64,000 nt of DNA, taken from contig NW_025963779.1 of the NCBI RefSeq assembly GCF_023055435.1, positions 52,576,001-52,640,000 on the forward strand, written 5' to 3'. The DNA comes from Haliotis rufescens. Taxonomy: Eukaryota. The notes beneath the pieces were generated by a model. That model had not been told where the DNA came from. It was given only the letters and a program-made list of their open reading frames with translations, and did no database searches. Position 1 is the stretch's first letter, and every line of letters begins with the position of its first letter. This document shows positions 37,701 through 48,733 of this stretch, in pieces. Both the position numbers and the translations under genes were made by a program.

Positions 37701-39685
37701 CGGTGTGAAAGACTGGGTTTTCTGAAGTTGAGAAAAGTGATTTTTTCTTTGCAGTGAAAACTAACGTTGATATTCCGCTGCTGGGAACAGAGCACGCTGA
37801 CGGAAGCATCGTACAAAAGTCCCCTCCCCGTAAAGTATCTCCTCTCACCCCTGACACAAACTGTTGACTTCCTTTTTACCTTAGTTCTGCAGGGACTAGG
37901 CAAAATAATGACAGATAGTCATTTGTGGAGTTAATATCTTTTCTGGCCGTTTGTTAGTCTTTTGAAAATAGTTCGGTATAAACTGTAAAGTTATCATTTA
38001 ACTCATCAATCGAGGCTGTTCGTTTCGCAAAGATAACGTTTGTTACTTTGACCAGCGTGTATTCTTTTGCTTCCAAAAGCGGTCTCGTAGATTTCAAGAA
38101 TATCTTTCGTTGAAGATGATTTTGTATATAATCATATCCAATGTATGGTTTCATTTTATTGACCTCAAATATATTTTGTTACTTTTTTTCATATTTTTTT
38201 TAAGATTTTGCATCACGAAACTTCTTTTTAGCAATTATTACATTTTTAATGAAATAATTTAATTTTCAGGTAAAAGTATATAAAACATAGGATATTCAAT
38301 GTGTTAAGTGAAATATTATGTTTGTCTCATCGAGTGACGGGGGGGGGAGGAGATATTTTCACCAGTGGCATAGTAGCCACTCTTTTTCCTCTTTCATCTC
38401 CTTTTCCTCGCCACTCGATGAGAGAAACATGCTATTTCACTCGGCACATAGAATATCCTCTATATAATAAGTCTTACCACTGTTTTGCCAATATGTCATT
38501 GGTTGTACCATATAGAGTCTTACTTCGGATATAATACAGTTGAAGTATCATTTAACACTTGAATTAAAAGAACAGATCAATTTCCTCCTACAAAGATTAC
38601 ATACTCGAAGTGATAGACACGGACATTAGTCCACTTTGTGAAAATTTAGAGGGACTAGTTGTTTACTCCCCAAATCTAGTATGTTACATTAAGCTACTAG
38701 TCTGATATGACCTGCGGACTCGTTAGATATGACCAATGGTGTCTACCTCGGAATCTTGCATCAGGTTGCATTACAATTTGACTACCGTCTGTTTTTCGAC
38801 AGCCATACTACAATTGTGTTCAGCTTGAATACATTTTTATATTCTGTCAGTTTGGTAGATATTGACAGTGAGATTCTGTGCCAATTTGATATTAGTTTGC
38901 AATGTTAAATGCTCTGTACTTACTTTGGCAGGGCTACCAGCTTCCTTCAGAATAGCCTTCAGGTCCCCCACAAAATATCGAAGGAGGCCACTGCCGCACA
39001 CCCTCTCGCTGAACTGGACACTGGCGTCCGTGTAGTTCCACAACAACCCCCTCATCTCCCGGATAAATTGGTAGCTCCCTTCCTCCGTCAGCTGTGCTCG
39101 TGATACTTTCTCCGTCAAGAACTCAAGTTTCCTGGCTTTAAGATACGAACTATACGTCTTGTACATAACATCAGCAGCGCGCGTGTAAGACAGGTACTCT
39201 GCAAATACGCGTCTGTGGGATTCATCCTTGTTCACGTATGAAAGTCCAATTGTCTTATGTGCGAGCATTCGAATCTGTTCCCCTTTGGTATCCAACATAG
39301 GATCTTCTTCGAGAGCGTGTATGAAGGAGTTGATGTCATCGAACCCAGACTTTAACCGAGGGTATTTGGTGACTAACTGCTGAGCCAATTGCAAACAGTC
39401 TTCGTTGGTGGCAGGTATATCCGAACTCATTGTGGAGGATAGGACTGGGGTCTGATCAGATGGATTGGTAGTGTGAGGGAGACCCGGTGCCTCTGGGGTC
39501 TGTATCAGCTGAATGTCAGATGTACCTTTTACCAGCTCTGTGGTTTGGCTGGAATGGACAGCTCCATCAAGGCAGTCCGCATTGAAACTCTCGCTGTCGT
39601 TTTGCTCACGAATGTGCGGTTTTTCGACTGTCGGTGCGAAATTGCTGTCTTGTGGAATTAAAGGAAAACTCGTTCCACATCCCAT
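28686..39685 (-). CDS. Paralog C: myristoylated ARM-repeat / TIR / SAM-like protein, 10 coding exons, 704 aa
   Basis: Hand-spliced join (minus): 39685-38924, 36119-35981, 35075-34735, 34244-34121, 33096-32996, 32492-32333, 31449-31241, 30506-30388, 29968-29905, 28781-28686. All introns are GT-AG with compatible phases; 2115 nt, no internal stop. Starts MGCGTS; ARM-like LLLLLANIID..GLAKNDDNK..AVQCVWELAF; TIR HVMISYQW..VWMDIDNM..SQNCRSEAEYA..GWLG; SAM-like WSNKDVHNWL..APEFFY. Confidence 0.88.
28848..29105 (+). mobile_element. SINE-like family A (non-tRNA structured head, (AAAC)n tail), copy with TSD
   Basis: 12-bp TSD gaatgtccgtgt at 28836-28847 and 29106-29117. Other copies at about 22965-23203(-), 26140-26377, 27407-27590, 35627-35861(-), 42056-42292(-), 49081-49330, 53431-53820, 58455-58555(-), 61180-61350. 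Confidence 0.85.
29905..29968 (-). CDS. Paralog C exon 9
   Basis: HSSLKSLTGKQLMFLRKISYK|gtaaac; 64 nt, same length as B exon 9. Confidence 0.82.
30388..30506 (-). CDS. Paralog C exon 8 (SAM-like start)
   Basis: GETTAIVKSQPADAARGADGTANWSNKDVHNWLCKMSLD|gtaagt. Confidence 0.82.
31241..31449 (-). CDS. Paralog C exon 7 (TIR C-half)
   Basis: EAEYAFDLRKPIIPLVLQRGYKPDGWLGLIKGAKLFFDFSGKYPFDQK..|gtgagt. Confidence 0.9.
31952..32113 (-). mobile_element. tRNA-derived SINE family B with TSD, inside a family C remnant
   Basis: B box GGTTCGATTCC on minus strand, (ACTC)n tail, TSD catgggtttc at 31942-31951 and 32114-32123. Confidence 0.85.
32333..32492 (-). CDS. Paralog C exon 6 (TIR core)
   Basis: VKEFLKKHNFKVWMDIDNMEGSTLQAMAEAVQNASVVLVCMSERYKLSQNCRS|gtagga. 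Confidence 0.9.
32996..33096 (-). CDS. Paralog C exon 5 (TIR box 1)
   Basis: ..DAGHVMISYQWADQKMLIK|gtatgt; absent from the ORF track. Confidence 0.85.
34121..34244 (-). CDS. Paralog C exon 4 (last ARM helix)
   Basis: ENAELMAILRKM...SGGALWAI..|gtaagg. Confidence 0.82.
34735..35075 (-). CDS. Paralog C exon 3 (ARM repeats)
   Basis: EMKMMLLLLLANIIDED...VWELAFDKENQRIFV|gtaggt. Confidence 0.88.
35981..36119 (-). CDS. Paralog C exon 2 (ARM-like)
   Basis: ttttgcag|VSATDPMFRSARGVLHNCS...LKGDAP|gtgagt. Confidence 0.82.
36139..37670. repeat. About 24-bp minisatellite in intron 1 of paralog C
   Basis: acaacagactgtcaacacagacac variants. Confidence 0.95.
38924..39685 (-). CDS. Paralog C coding exon 1 (acylation motif, disordered linker, helical/ARM start)
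   Basis: MGCGTS start; donor GTAAGT at 38923; upstream acceptor at 39756-39757. Confidence 0.85.
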
Positions 39686-40091
39686 GTAAAAGAGTATGTT
39701 CTTGTAACAAAACACACTGAGTCTACTGTTTTCTGTCTACTGTCTCTGCTGCTTTCTGGGGAAAAAAAAGATTTTATATTTGTGTCCGGTTCACAAAATA
39801 CAACGTCAAATATTAACGTCAAGGATTTTCAACATCACTTTCGAGTTGTCATAAGGGCCAATACGTGACAACCTTGGTCATTAAATTCAAAAGACTAAAT
39901 ATGATGTTGTAATTACATTATACTATTAATTATATATATTTAACTATACATAATCACTCAATTGCAATTAGTTGCAACAAGAAGCTAAGCCCCAGATTAT
40001 CGTGCTAATTTCTAATTCTCCTATTTATTGCATTAAACATCGTAAAGACTGATATACAATCAGGAATATGTTAATCTATCAGTTTATGACA

Positions 40092-40257
40092 AAACGTACA
40101 ACTTTATGGATAACAACTTCTGTTTTTTGCATATAGTGACGTTTCGATGTAGATTCTTACACCCTTATCAAGCTTGAGTATCGGTGTCAGAATCTACATC
40201 AAAACGTCGCTAAATGCAATAAACTATAGAAGTTGTTATCCATAGAATTGTACGTTT
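40092..40257. repeat. Spacerless imperfect palindrome, Penelope-like terminal repeat pair
   Basis: Arms of about 80 bp centred on tcaagcttga (40168-40177). Confidence 0.65.
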
Positions 40258-40314
40258 GGTTATCTACTAACCAACTTCTAGAATGTCATAAAACAGTTAT
40301 CAGTTTACGTATAG

Positions 40315-40435
40315 GTTAGACCACGAGGACCCTGTGTCTAATCGTGGAAATGGTCAACTAAACCATGAGGCGCGCAGCGCCAAGTGGTTTAAGTAACCAT
40401 TTCAACGATTAGACACAGGGTCCTCGTGGTCTAAC
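40315..40435. repeat. Palindromic element with 31-bp perfect arms
   Basis: gttagaccacgaggaccctgtgtctaatcgt and its reverse complement; central ggcgcgcagcgcc mini-hairpin. Confidence 0.75.
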
Positions 40436-43082
40436 ATACATAAACCATGTCCAACATTTATGGCACCTAAACTGCTTAAAAACATTGTTTTGTGAAAGGT
40501 ATTTCGAACGATTTTCAGGAACTCTGTACTCTGATCAAGATAATTGTAATTTCTTTTCTCTCTGTTCGTTTCGTTAAACGAAAAGCTACAAAATCACAAG
40601 TACTGAACAAATACTAGAATGCATAGAGTAACATACTGTATAAACATTGCATAAAACACATTTTGCGTATCATAAACGGATAAGCAATTAGTACTGATGT
40701 AAGTAAAATTTAGTTGTTAATTTCATACCCTTTCTCCATGTCGTCGTGGCAGAAGACTACCTTCGTTAGCCTTCAGTGCGGAATTCACGGGTTCGAATCC
40801 CGCTGGCGACAAACGTTTTTCATGAAATTGTTCTATCATCAAGGTGAATTATGAGGGGGAAAAGAAGTTCTGTCATTGCAAAGGGGTGTTTAACTGACAA
40901 TTCAGTAAGTTAGACCACAGACAAAGAAGCCATGGTGTATATTTACAGCAATCTATGCATAGACTGTCGACTAGAGTGAATATAAATCAGGGCGTCTTCA
41001 GTACATTTGAACAGAGTTACCTGCCTTTGACCACACTTTGCTTGTCTGGGAACAGCTGGTGATGTGTGGACAGTGACTGGAGTTGAGAGATTGTCGAAGT
41101 ACTTATATTTTATACATTTATATTATACCATTGATGTCCATAGCCTGTTGTACTGAAATATATCAATTATATTTGTACTGGAGAGACAGGTAGGCATCAT
41201 GCCTGTTTTCATTTGATGAAAATAAAATATTGTTTAAACAAAAACATATACTTAAAATATCTAACACAGCAAATAAAGATACATATCTGAGATTTATAAG
41301 TGTTAACTAAATCATGTGTTTAAAGTACGTTATAAGTTTACTGATTGTATACAATTTATAGTTAGATTGTGAACTATGGTATTTGGTTAAGTGGCGTGAC
41401 TACCCAAAGCAGGTGTCGTTCAGTGAGGACATCTGTCCCCGTGCAGGTATCTATCCCTACCTTCCTGAAGAAATTATTCCAAGTGTAGAAATCAGCACTG
41501 AAGTTTCAAACCTTTTCATGAAAGAGCTGGCACAGGTAAAACGTACACATCCAGAATTCTCTCATATCAATATTGTTAATACACAGTTAACAGCATACAG
41601 TTATTGCAACGTGAACGATTAGAACAACATTTTCGGAGTATTTGTTGTGAGCTTTGGTTAAACTTTGCAAAACAAATTCAGGTGCAATATTAAGGAAGTA
41701 TTTGACAAACAAACTTAGGATAGCAATTTGTATGCACGAGGCTGAGACATACTGAATTGGCAGATCAACAAGACAGTTGCAGAATGGAGTTTGTACTGTT
41801 CTAATCTCGTTGTTTCAAGATCGTAAAGCCCCCAGTTTGATTGCAGGTGTGACAGTTTAATCTCACGGGGCCCAGGTACGCAAATCATAACTCGCGTTAT
41901 TTACATCATAACTTTCAAATGGTTGAGTTGTGTGAAGTTGTTATTTCAAAAGATATACTTGTAGCCCTAAAATCTCCCCGTGAGTCTGAGCCACGTACTA
42001 TTGCGATCTCGAGACATCGCTGACAAAGCTGGAAATGTAGAATATTGTTGTTATAGTTTGTTTGTTTATTTGTTGTTTAACGCCACACTCAGCAATATTC
42101 CAGCTATGTGACGTCGGTCTGTAAATAATCAGACAATCCAGTGATTGATATCATGAGCACCGATCCACGCAGTTGGGATACGATATGACTTGCCTCAACC
42201 AAGTCAGCAGCCTAACCAACGATCTCGTTAGTCGCCTCTTTCGACAAGCATGGGCTGCTGAAGACTTATTCTAACCCGGATCTTCACGGGTCTTATTATA
42301 GCAATATCATAACCCATAGCAATATCATAACACAATTATGACACAAAAACTAGGCAGTTTAATTTCAGGATGTGAGTTTATTTCATAGCTATGCCATTAG
42401 ACTCCTATGCAGAAAATGTGCTTACGTGCTAAACGATTCACAAATATTTTGTTGCATGCAACAAATTGTATACAACTTGTACCGTGTGGTTGAGCTTTCA
42501 TTAGTTATGTGGCAGCCGGAGCGTTTGGCGCTGTGGGGCCCAGATCACGCTTTCTAACTGTCCGGGGCCCAGGACAAGCATTGTATCTTCCCAGAACGAT
42601 AATACTTGAAACAATATCCGGCTATGACAGGTGAACAAATAGCATTATAATTTATACTTTATAAGTAACACAGAACGAGTTATCACTCACCTCACAGAGC
42701 CTCGTGTGTTGACAAGAGATTTGATCTGTCCATTCACTGTCGATCCTCCAGTGTTCTGTGTATGTAGTGATGTGATGATTAATCCTGTTGCATGTTTCAT
42801 GTTCACTGTCCCAGTTCATAAACAAATGTGCTCACAACGTGTGTTTATACTGTTTTGATTATTTGTCAGCATAAATCTGTTTACTTCTGAACACCATGGC
42901 GACAAGGGAGATAATCGCCGGATAATCAGTCGTGCAAGGACAAACAGTCATTTTGCCTGCGCTTTGGGGCGGAGCATGTCGTTCTTGACCGGTTCTTGTC
43001 ATTCCGGGACACGCTGAATCTACTTGGAGGTTACGGAAAGGGGCGAGTGGTGACGAATATTGAAACAGGTTTGCTGTTTGCG

Positions 43083-44340
43083 TCACAGATCAGAATGGCA
43101 CTCTCACACAACACACACATCACTAGACCAACATCGCACTCTCACACATCACATATGTCACAGATCAGAATGGCACTCTCACACAACACACACATCACTA
43201 GACCAACATCGCACTCTCACACATCACACACATCACTAGACCAACATCGCACTCTCACACAGGTCACAGATCAGAATGGCATTCTCACACATCACCCAGG
43301 TCACAGATCAGAATGGCACTCTCACAAAACACACACATCACTAGACCAACAAACATCGCACTCTCACACATCACACAGGTCACAGATCAGAATGGCACTC
43401 TCACACAACACACACATCACTAGACCAACATCGCACTCTCACACATCACATGCGTCACTAGACCAGCATCGCACTCTCACACATCACATGCGTCACTAGA
43501 CCAACATCGCACTCTCACACATCACTAGACCAACATCGCACTCTCACACAACACACACATCACTAGACCAACATCGCACTCTCACACAGGTCACAGATCA
43601 GAATGGCATTCTCACACATCACCCAGGTCACAGATCAGAATGGCACTCTCACAAAACACACACATCACTAGACCAACAAACATCGCACTCTCACACATCA
43701 CACAGGTCACAGATCAGAATGGCACTCTCACACAACACACACATCACTAGACCAACATCGCACTCTCACACATCACATGCGTCACTAGACCAGCATCGCA
43801 CTCTCACACATCACATGCGTCACTAGACCAACATCGCACTCTCACACATCACTAGACCAACATCGCACTCTCACACAACACACACATCACTAGACCAGCA
43901 TCGCACTCTCACACATCACATGCGTCACTAGACCAACATCGCACTCTCACACATCACACAGGTCACAGATCAGAATGGCACACTCACACAACACACACAT
44001 CACTAGACCAACATCGCACTCTCACACATCACACACATCACTAGACCAACATCGCACTCTCACACATCACATGCGTCACTAGACCAACATCGCACTCTCA
44101 CACATCACATGCGTCACTAGACCAACATCTCACTCTCACACATCAGAGATGGCACTCTTACACATCACACACCAGACCAATATAGCGCACTCACACATCA
44201 CACAGGTCACAGATCAGAATGGCACTCTCGCACAAGACACACATCACCAGATCAGTATGACGCTCTCACACATCACTCGACCAATTGCAGCATGGCACCA
44301 AACACATCACACACGTCACCAGACCAACATGGCACTCTCA
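43083..44340. repeat. Composite minisatellite
   Basis: Alternating gtcacagatcagaatggcactctcacac and catcactagaccaacatcgcactctcacac units. Confidence 0.93.
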
Positions 44341-44620
44341 TATATCACACATTGTAACCACCTTACTTCAATAGAGCATCAAACCATACATGCAGGGGTG
44401 GTAGATAAAACATTATCCAACAACCATTGATCCATTTTCAGTTCAGTCACTGTCAGTTAATCGGAATTTGTCCATCATTTCCCGAAAATACTATTTAATA
44501 ACCTTTGGACTAGCGTTTTAGACTATGCCCTGGTAAAAGTCCAGTACAGATAGTCGACCGGAAAGTATGCAATATGAAAACATTATGGCGAAAATGTTGT
44601 GTAAAAACATTTCTGTGTGT

Positions 44621-44961
44621 CGGGTAGCCTATAGTTGTTAAAGCTTTCGCTCGACACGCCGAAGACCCGGGTTCGATTCCCGATTTGGGTACAATGTGTG
44701 AAGCCATTTCTTGTGTCCCCCGCCGTGATGTTGCTGGAATATTGCTAAAAGCGGCGTAAAACCATACTCACGCACTACACACTCTATATGTAGTGGCATA
44801 GAGAGAGTGGGTGAGCGAGTGTGGTTTTACACCGCTTTCAGCAATATTCCAGCAATATCACGGCGGGTGACACCAGAAATGGGCTTCACACATCGTACCC
44901 ATGTGGGGAATCGGACCGAGTCTTCGGCGTGACGAGCGAACACTTTAACCCCACAGCCCCT
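44621..44961. mobile_element. Two family B tRNA-SINEs, tail-to-tail inverted
   Basis: Plus copy about 44621-44775 (GGTTCGATTCC, ..gctggaatattgctaaaagcggcgtaaaacc); minus copy about 44803-44961. Confidence 0.8.
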
Positions 44962-47559
44962 AGTGATATATAAAAAAATCTATAATCACTGAGTTCAGAA
45001 ATAAAGCCATGTTAACTTAAACTTCTAGTGATGGAAACGCCAGGATGTTTGGGGTGGATATCCAGCTAACAAGGACATTTTGAGAATTGTCAATATGTGT
45101 TGTGAACTTCTTGCTAATTCTTCCAACGCTGACAATAAGCTATACAGAAAATAGTATATAAATCTTGAACCCTCCAAGAATTCAAATATCATAATCCACA
45201 CCATGGAAGCAGTTTATTCATGATATATAAGTTAACGTTTTTACAATTAAATGAAGATCATATCTAATCCAGTCAAAATATCCAAAACCAGACCGCTTCC
45301 GAGACAGACACACTGGCTTCTGAAACCCATGTCATTCGTGATATTCGTCGTTGACAATCAGCCAATGAGTGATGGTGTAAGAGCACGTGCAGATATGTGC
45401 TCAGGTACGTCTGCGCCTGAAAAAAACAGCGACTGGAGAGTGGTGATGATATTCGTGTTTCGGTGAGTCCAAACAAACGTTTTGGTGTCGACTATTTGGT
45501 GTTCGTTGTTATCAAGACAAGGAATGGTTGAACCAGTGCCGTCTATGCGGGTACCATTTTCCACGAAGTCCATTCAAACTGTAACTGACAGAAGCGCCCT
45601 TACAATATACAATACTACCTAGCTGTATTTTGTATGGGCGACGTTTCATTTACTGTGTAATTCTGATATAGATTCATTTGTTTAGTTCATTCATGTAAAT
45701 AGTAAGAAGGAAAAAATAAGTCAAGCTATTGTTTCAAATGAAACTAACTACAAAAAACGAAACAATGGTTGGAATGATTAGTCTACAAAGAACAATGAAG
45801 TTCAAGAGACGACCTAGAATTCTGTTTGTCTAGAGGTGGTCTTGAGACACCTCTGTGATTGCATAGGTACCAAACCAAAGATGATATATGCAAAATCAGA
45901 AAAAAGACTTTGTTTTCAGTTAATTTGGTATAAAAACATTAAACCACTGATCATGCCAAATATGTGGCTTACTAATAACAAGAGACAGAATGTTTATTTA
46001 CGCTTACCGGTATATTAATAATAATAATGTGTGTACTTATATTTCGCTAAACTCCCAACACAAGGTGTATGCTCAAAGCTCTAACAGTATCTCCCTGGTC
46101 AATAATTCAGTGTGCGCTTGGTTTTTTTTGTATTTATTCTCAGCTCCCTGGGGAGTATACAACCCAAGCTGCCTGTGAGGAGTTCAAAGCCAAGAATTAA
46201 CTGACATCTTTCCTTTCAGTAAAAAACAAAAACACTGGCAAGTCAATTAATTATTAGGAGTTTTGTTGTTAGTAACTTTCTATAAGTGAAGGTGTGTAGA
46301 GTATGATGCGTCCTAACAAGAAGGATGGCAGGTCATTCTTAATGGCTTAAGATACAGACTAAATAATACGCAACTGACATGCGTCCACTGGAGATGTGTA
46401 GATACAGGATGTTCTGGTAAATGTACAGCAGTTTGTTAGAAACCTGGTTGTCAACAAGACAGCCCTGAGGGCTCATCCTAGTCCTGCACCATGACTGTGG
46501 AATATATTTATTTTATTAAAAAAAACATGCTATGTATACTGAAGCAAGTCTAGCCAGCTCTAGCTACCTCTATTTCACATATGAAATCAGCATCAGGAAA
46601 ATTATTTGTTTAATTTTAGAGTCGAGAAGGGCATTGTGTAATATAAGATTTCATAGACTATATGTTAGTCTACCTCACCCCAATTACTTAACCCTTATCC
46701 AAGTGGTACAGAACTTTGAAAAAGCTGTAAGGAACAGTTCTTATAAGTGTTGAAGAGTATTGCTGTACTATGAGTTGACTATACTATGATATGTTATATT
46801 TGGTCATTATATATACTGAATACATTCAACTCTCTCTTATTCTTCTTCATCTTATTTTACATGGGCCCATCTCCTTTGCTTCTGAAGGGGTCGGCTTATT
46901 ACCCCTCTCGTCACTGGTGCATAACTTTGTTTTGATAACACTGTAGCCAAATTGAACCCTACCCTCTCAGCCTCCCTGAAGGAGCTGTGCCACAACATCA
47001 TTCCTCATTAATTACTGTTGTATATATATATGACTTAATCTTTGTCAGGTGACCGTGGCTACATAAACTTGGTCCTGGGAGGAAAGGAACAGAGCCTCCA
47101 AAGATACCCTAATATCATTATACAAGTCAATAATTAGACCCAAAATAGACTATTGATGTCAAATTCTCAACACTCTTAACTCAAAATTAAACTAAACTCG
47201 CTCCAATACCAAGCACTCAGGTAATCACACGCACACAACAGGACACACCACGTACAACACTGCAGGCTTTAACAGGCCAAATCCCTCTGGATCTTCACCA
47301 AGAACAACTTACAATGAAATTTTGGGCCTCCAACCGAGATAACCCACAGATCCAAAAAATGCTTAACAATAAATAAAATACTCCTCCAAGCACTAGTTTG
47401 AAAAAAAACTCTATTGGTTTCCAACGCATAGTAAACTACTTAAACACACACAAACGATTTAAAACTAAATACAGCACCAAATAGCTCTTTTATAACCAAA
47501 CTCAAAACCCCCAAAATAGACATAGCTCTCTCTACCATACTAAATAAATTGACCTAAAT

Positions 47560-48440
47560 ACCACCAAATATATGACACTAGCATACATACATGAAATATT
47601 GCCAAATTGGTGTCACATATACACAGACAGGTCCTTTGACCCGGACACAAAACGTACAGGTTTCAGCACCCACATCGACAAACCTACAACAGAAACCAAA
47701 TCCTGTAGGCTCCCCAACAATCAATCAATCAATCAATCTTCACAGCAGAATTAATGGGAATAACAGCAGCCCAACACAGCGTCCAAACTAAACAACACCA
47801 AAAAACCTTTATCCTTACAGACTCATTGAGTGGACTGCAGGCAATGAAAAATAAAAACATTAAAAAACGTCCAAAACCAATACTTCAGATACTTAGAAGT
47901 GCCAACAATCTCATCAAACTCAGCAAAGAGATAGAACTAATATGAATCCCTGCCCACATCGGTGTGTTTGGCAACAGCCAAATCAGCGCTAAAACTAGAA
48001 GAAATAAGCATTAACCTACCAATATCTAAAACCCAAATTAAAAATATCACTTAGGGGAAAATCTTCCAAAGTGGCAAAACAAATATCAGAAATCAAACAG
48101 AAAATTAAAACACTTGCTACAAAAGCTACTCAAAAACCAAAAATCTATCACAGAACCAAAAGAATTAACAGGGCAATAACAAAACTTCAAACAGGCCACA
48201 CTAAATTAAACTCATACCTACACCTAATGCCCACTTTCCACCACCTCACTAAATGGCCTGGCGGGCACCGTGTTCAAAATATGCATAATGTTGGAAAGTG
48301 CATGTTAAATCTCCAACAGGAAGAAAGTAAAGGAAGGAAAGGAACAGAATGATGCTTCAGAGCAAAATGGATATCAACAAACACCTAACATTACAAACAC
48401 TCCGCAGCCTGTTAAAGAAAGCACAAATTTTTAAAGCCAT
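47560..48440 (+). pseudogene. Decayed non-LTR retrotransposon 3' part with RNase H domain (I-group-like)
   Basis: Fragments IYTDRS, (A)ELMGI..A, FILTDSLSGLQA, LI*IPAHIGVFGN and ITKLQTGHTKLNSYLH across shifted frames; A-rich strand bias. Confidence 0.75.
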
Positions 48441-48460
48441 AGACATCTTCCTTTATTGAA

Positions 48461-48733
48461 GGGGGACTTGGGTGGCCCAGTCGTCTGAGGCGCCACGATT
48501 CGCTGCGCAGAGTTGCATCCTATGTGAGAAACCTATGATTGTGGGTACGAATCCCAGTTCTACCCGATTATTTTTCTAGGTTTGTCAGCACCATACCTGT
48601 GCTTGTGGGTTTCACAGAAGTGGTAAATGTCTGAGACCTGCATCACTTCGGGCTTTCCTCCCACATTAAGCTGACACGCCGCGATGTAACTGGAATACTG
48701 TTAAAAGCGGCGTTAAACCCAACTCACTCACTC
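48461..48733 (+). mobile_element. tRNA-derived SINE family C
   Basis: Head ggtggcccagtcgtctgaggcg, B-box-like ggtacgaatccc, tail aactcactcactc. Other copies at about 11938-12190, 14296-14630, 18630-18730(-), 55790-55940. Confidence 0.75.

Noticed and set aside
36480-37725. Cys-, Thr- and His-rich ORFs
   Set aside because: Translations of the 24-bp minisatellite inside intron 1 of paralog C.
12885-39685. Assigning the symbol SARM1, MYD88 or a TLR name
   Set aside because: Domain order is ARM-TIR-SAM, and I see no death domain, LRR or transmembrane segment; orthology cannot be claimed.
40740-40811. Functional tRNA gene
   Set aside because: T-arm and acceptor-like stem are present but the D and anticodon arms do not fold canonically. 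Other B-box hits in the window are SINE heads.
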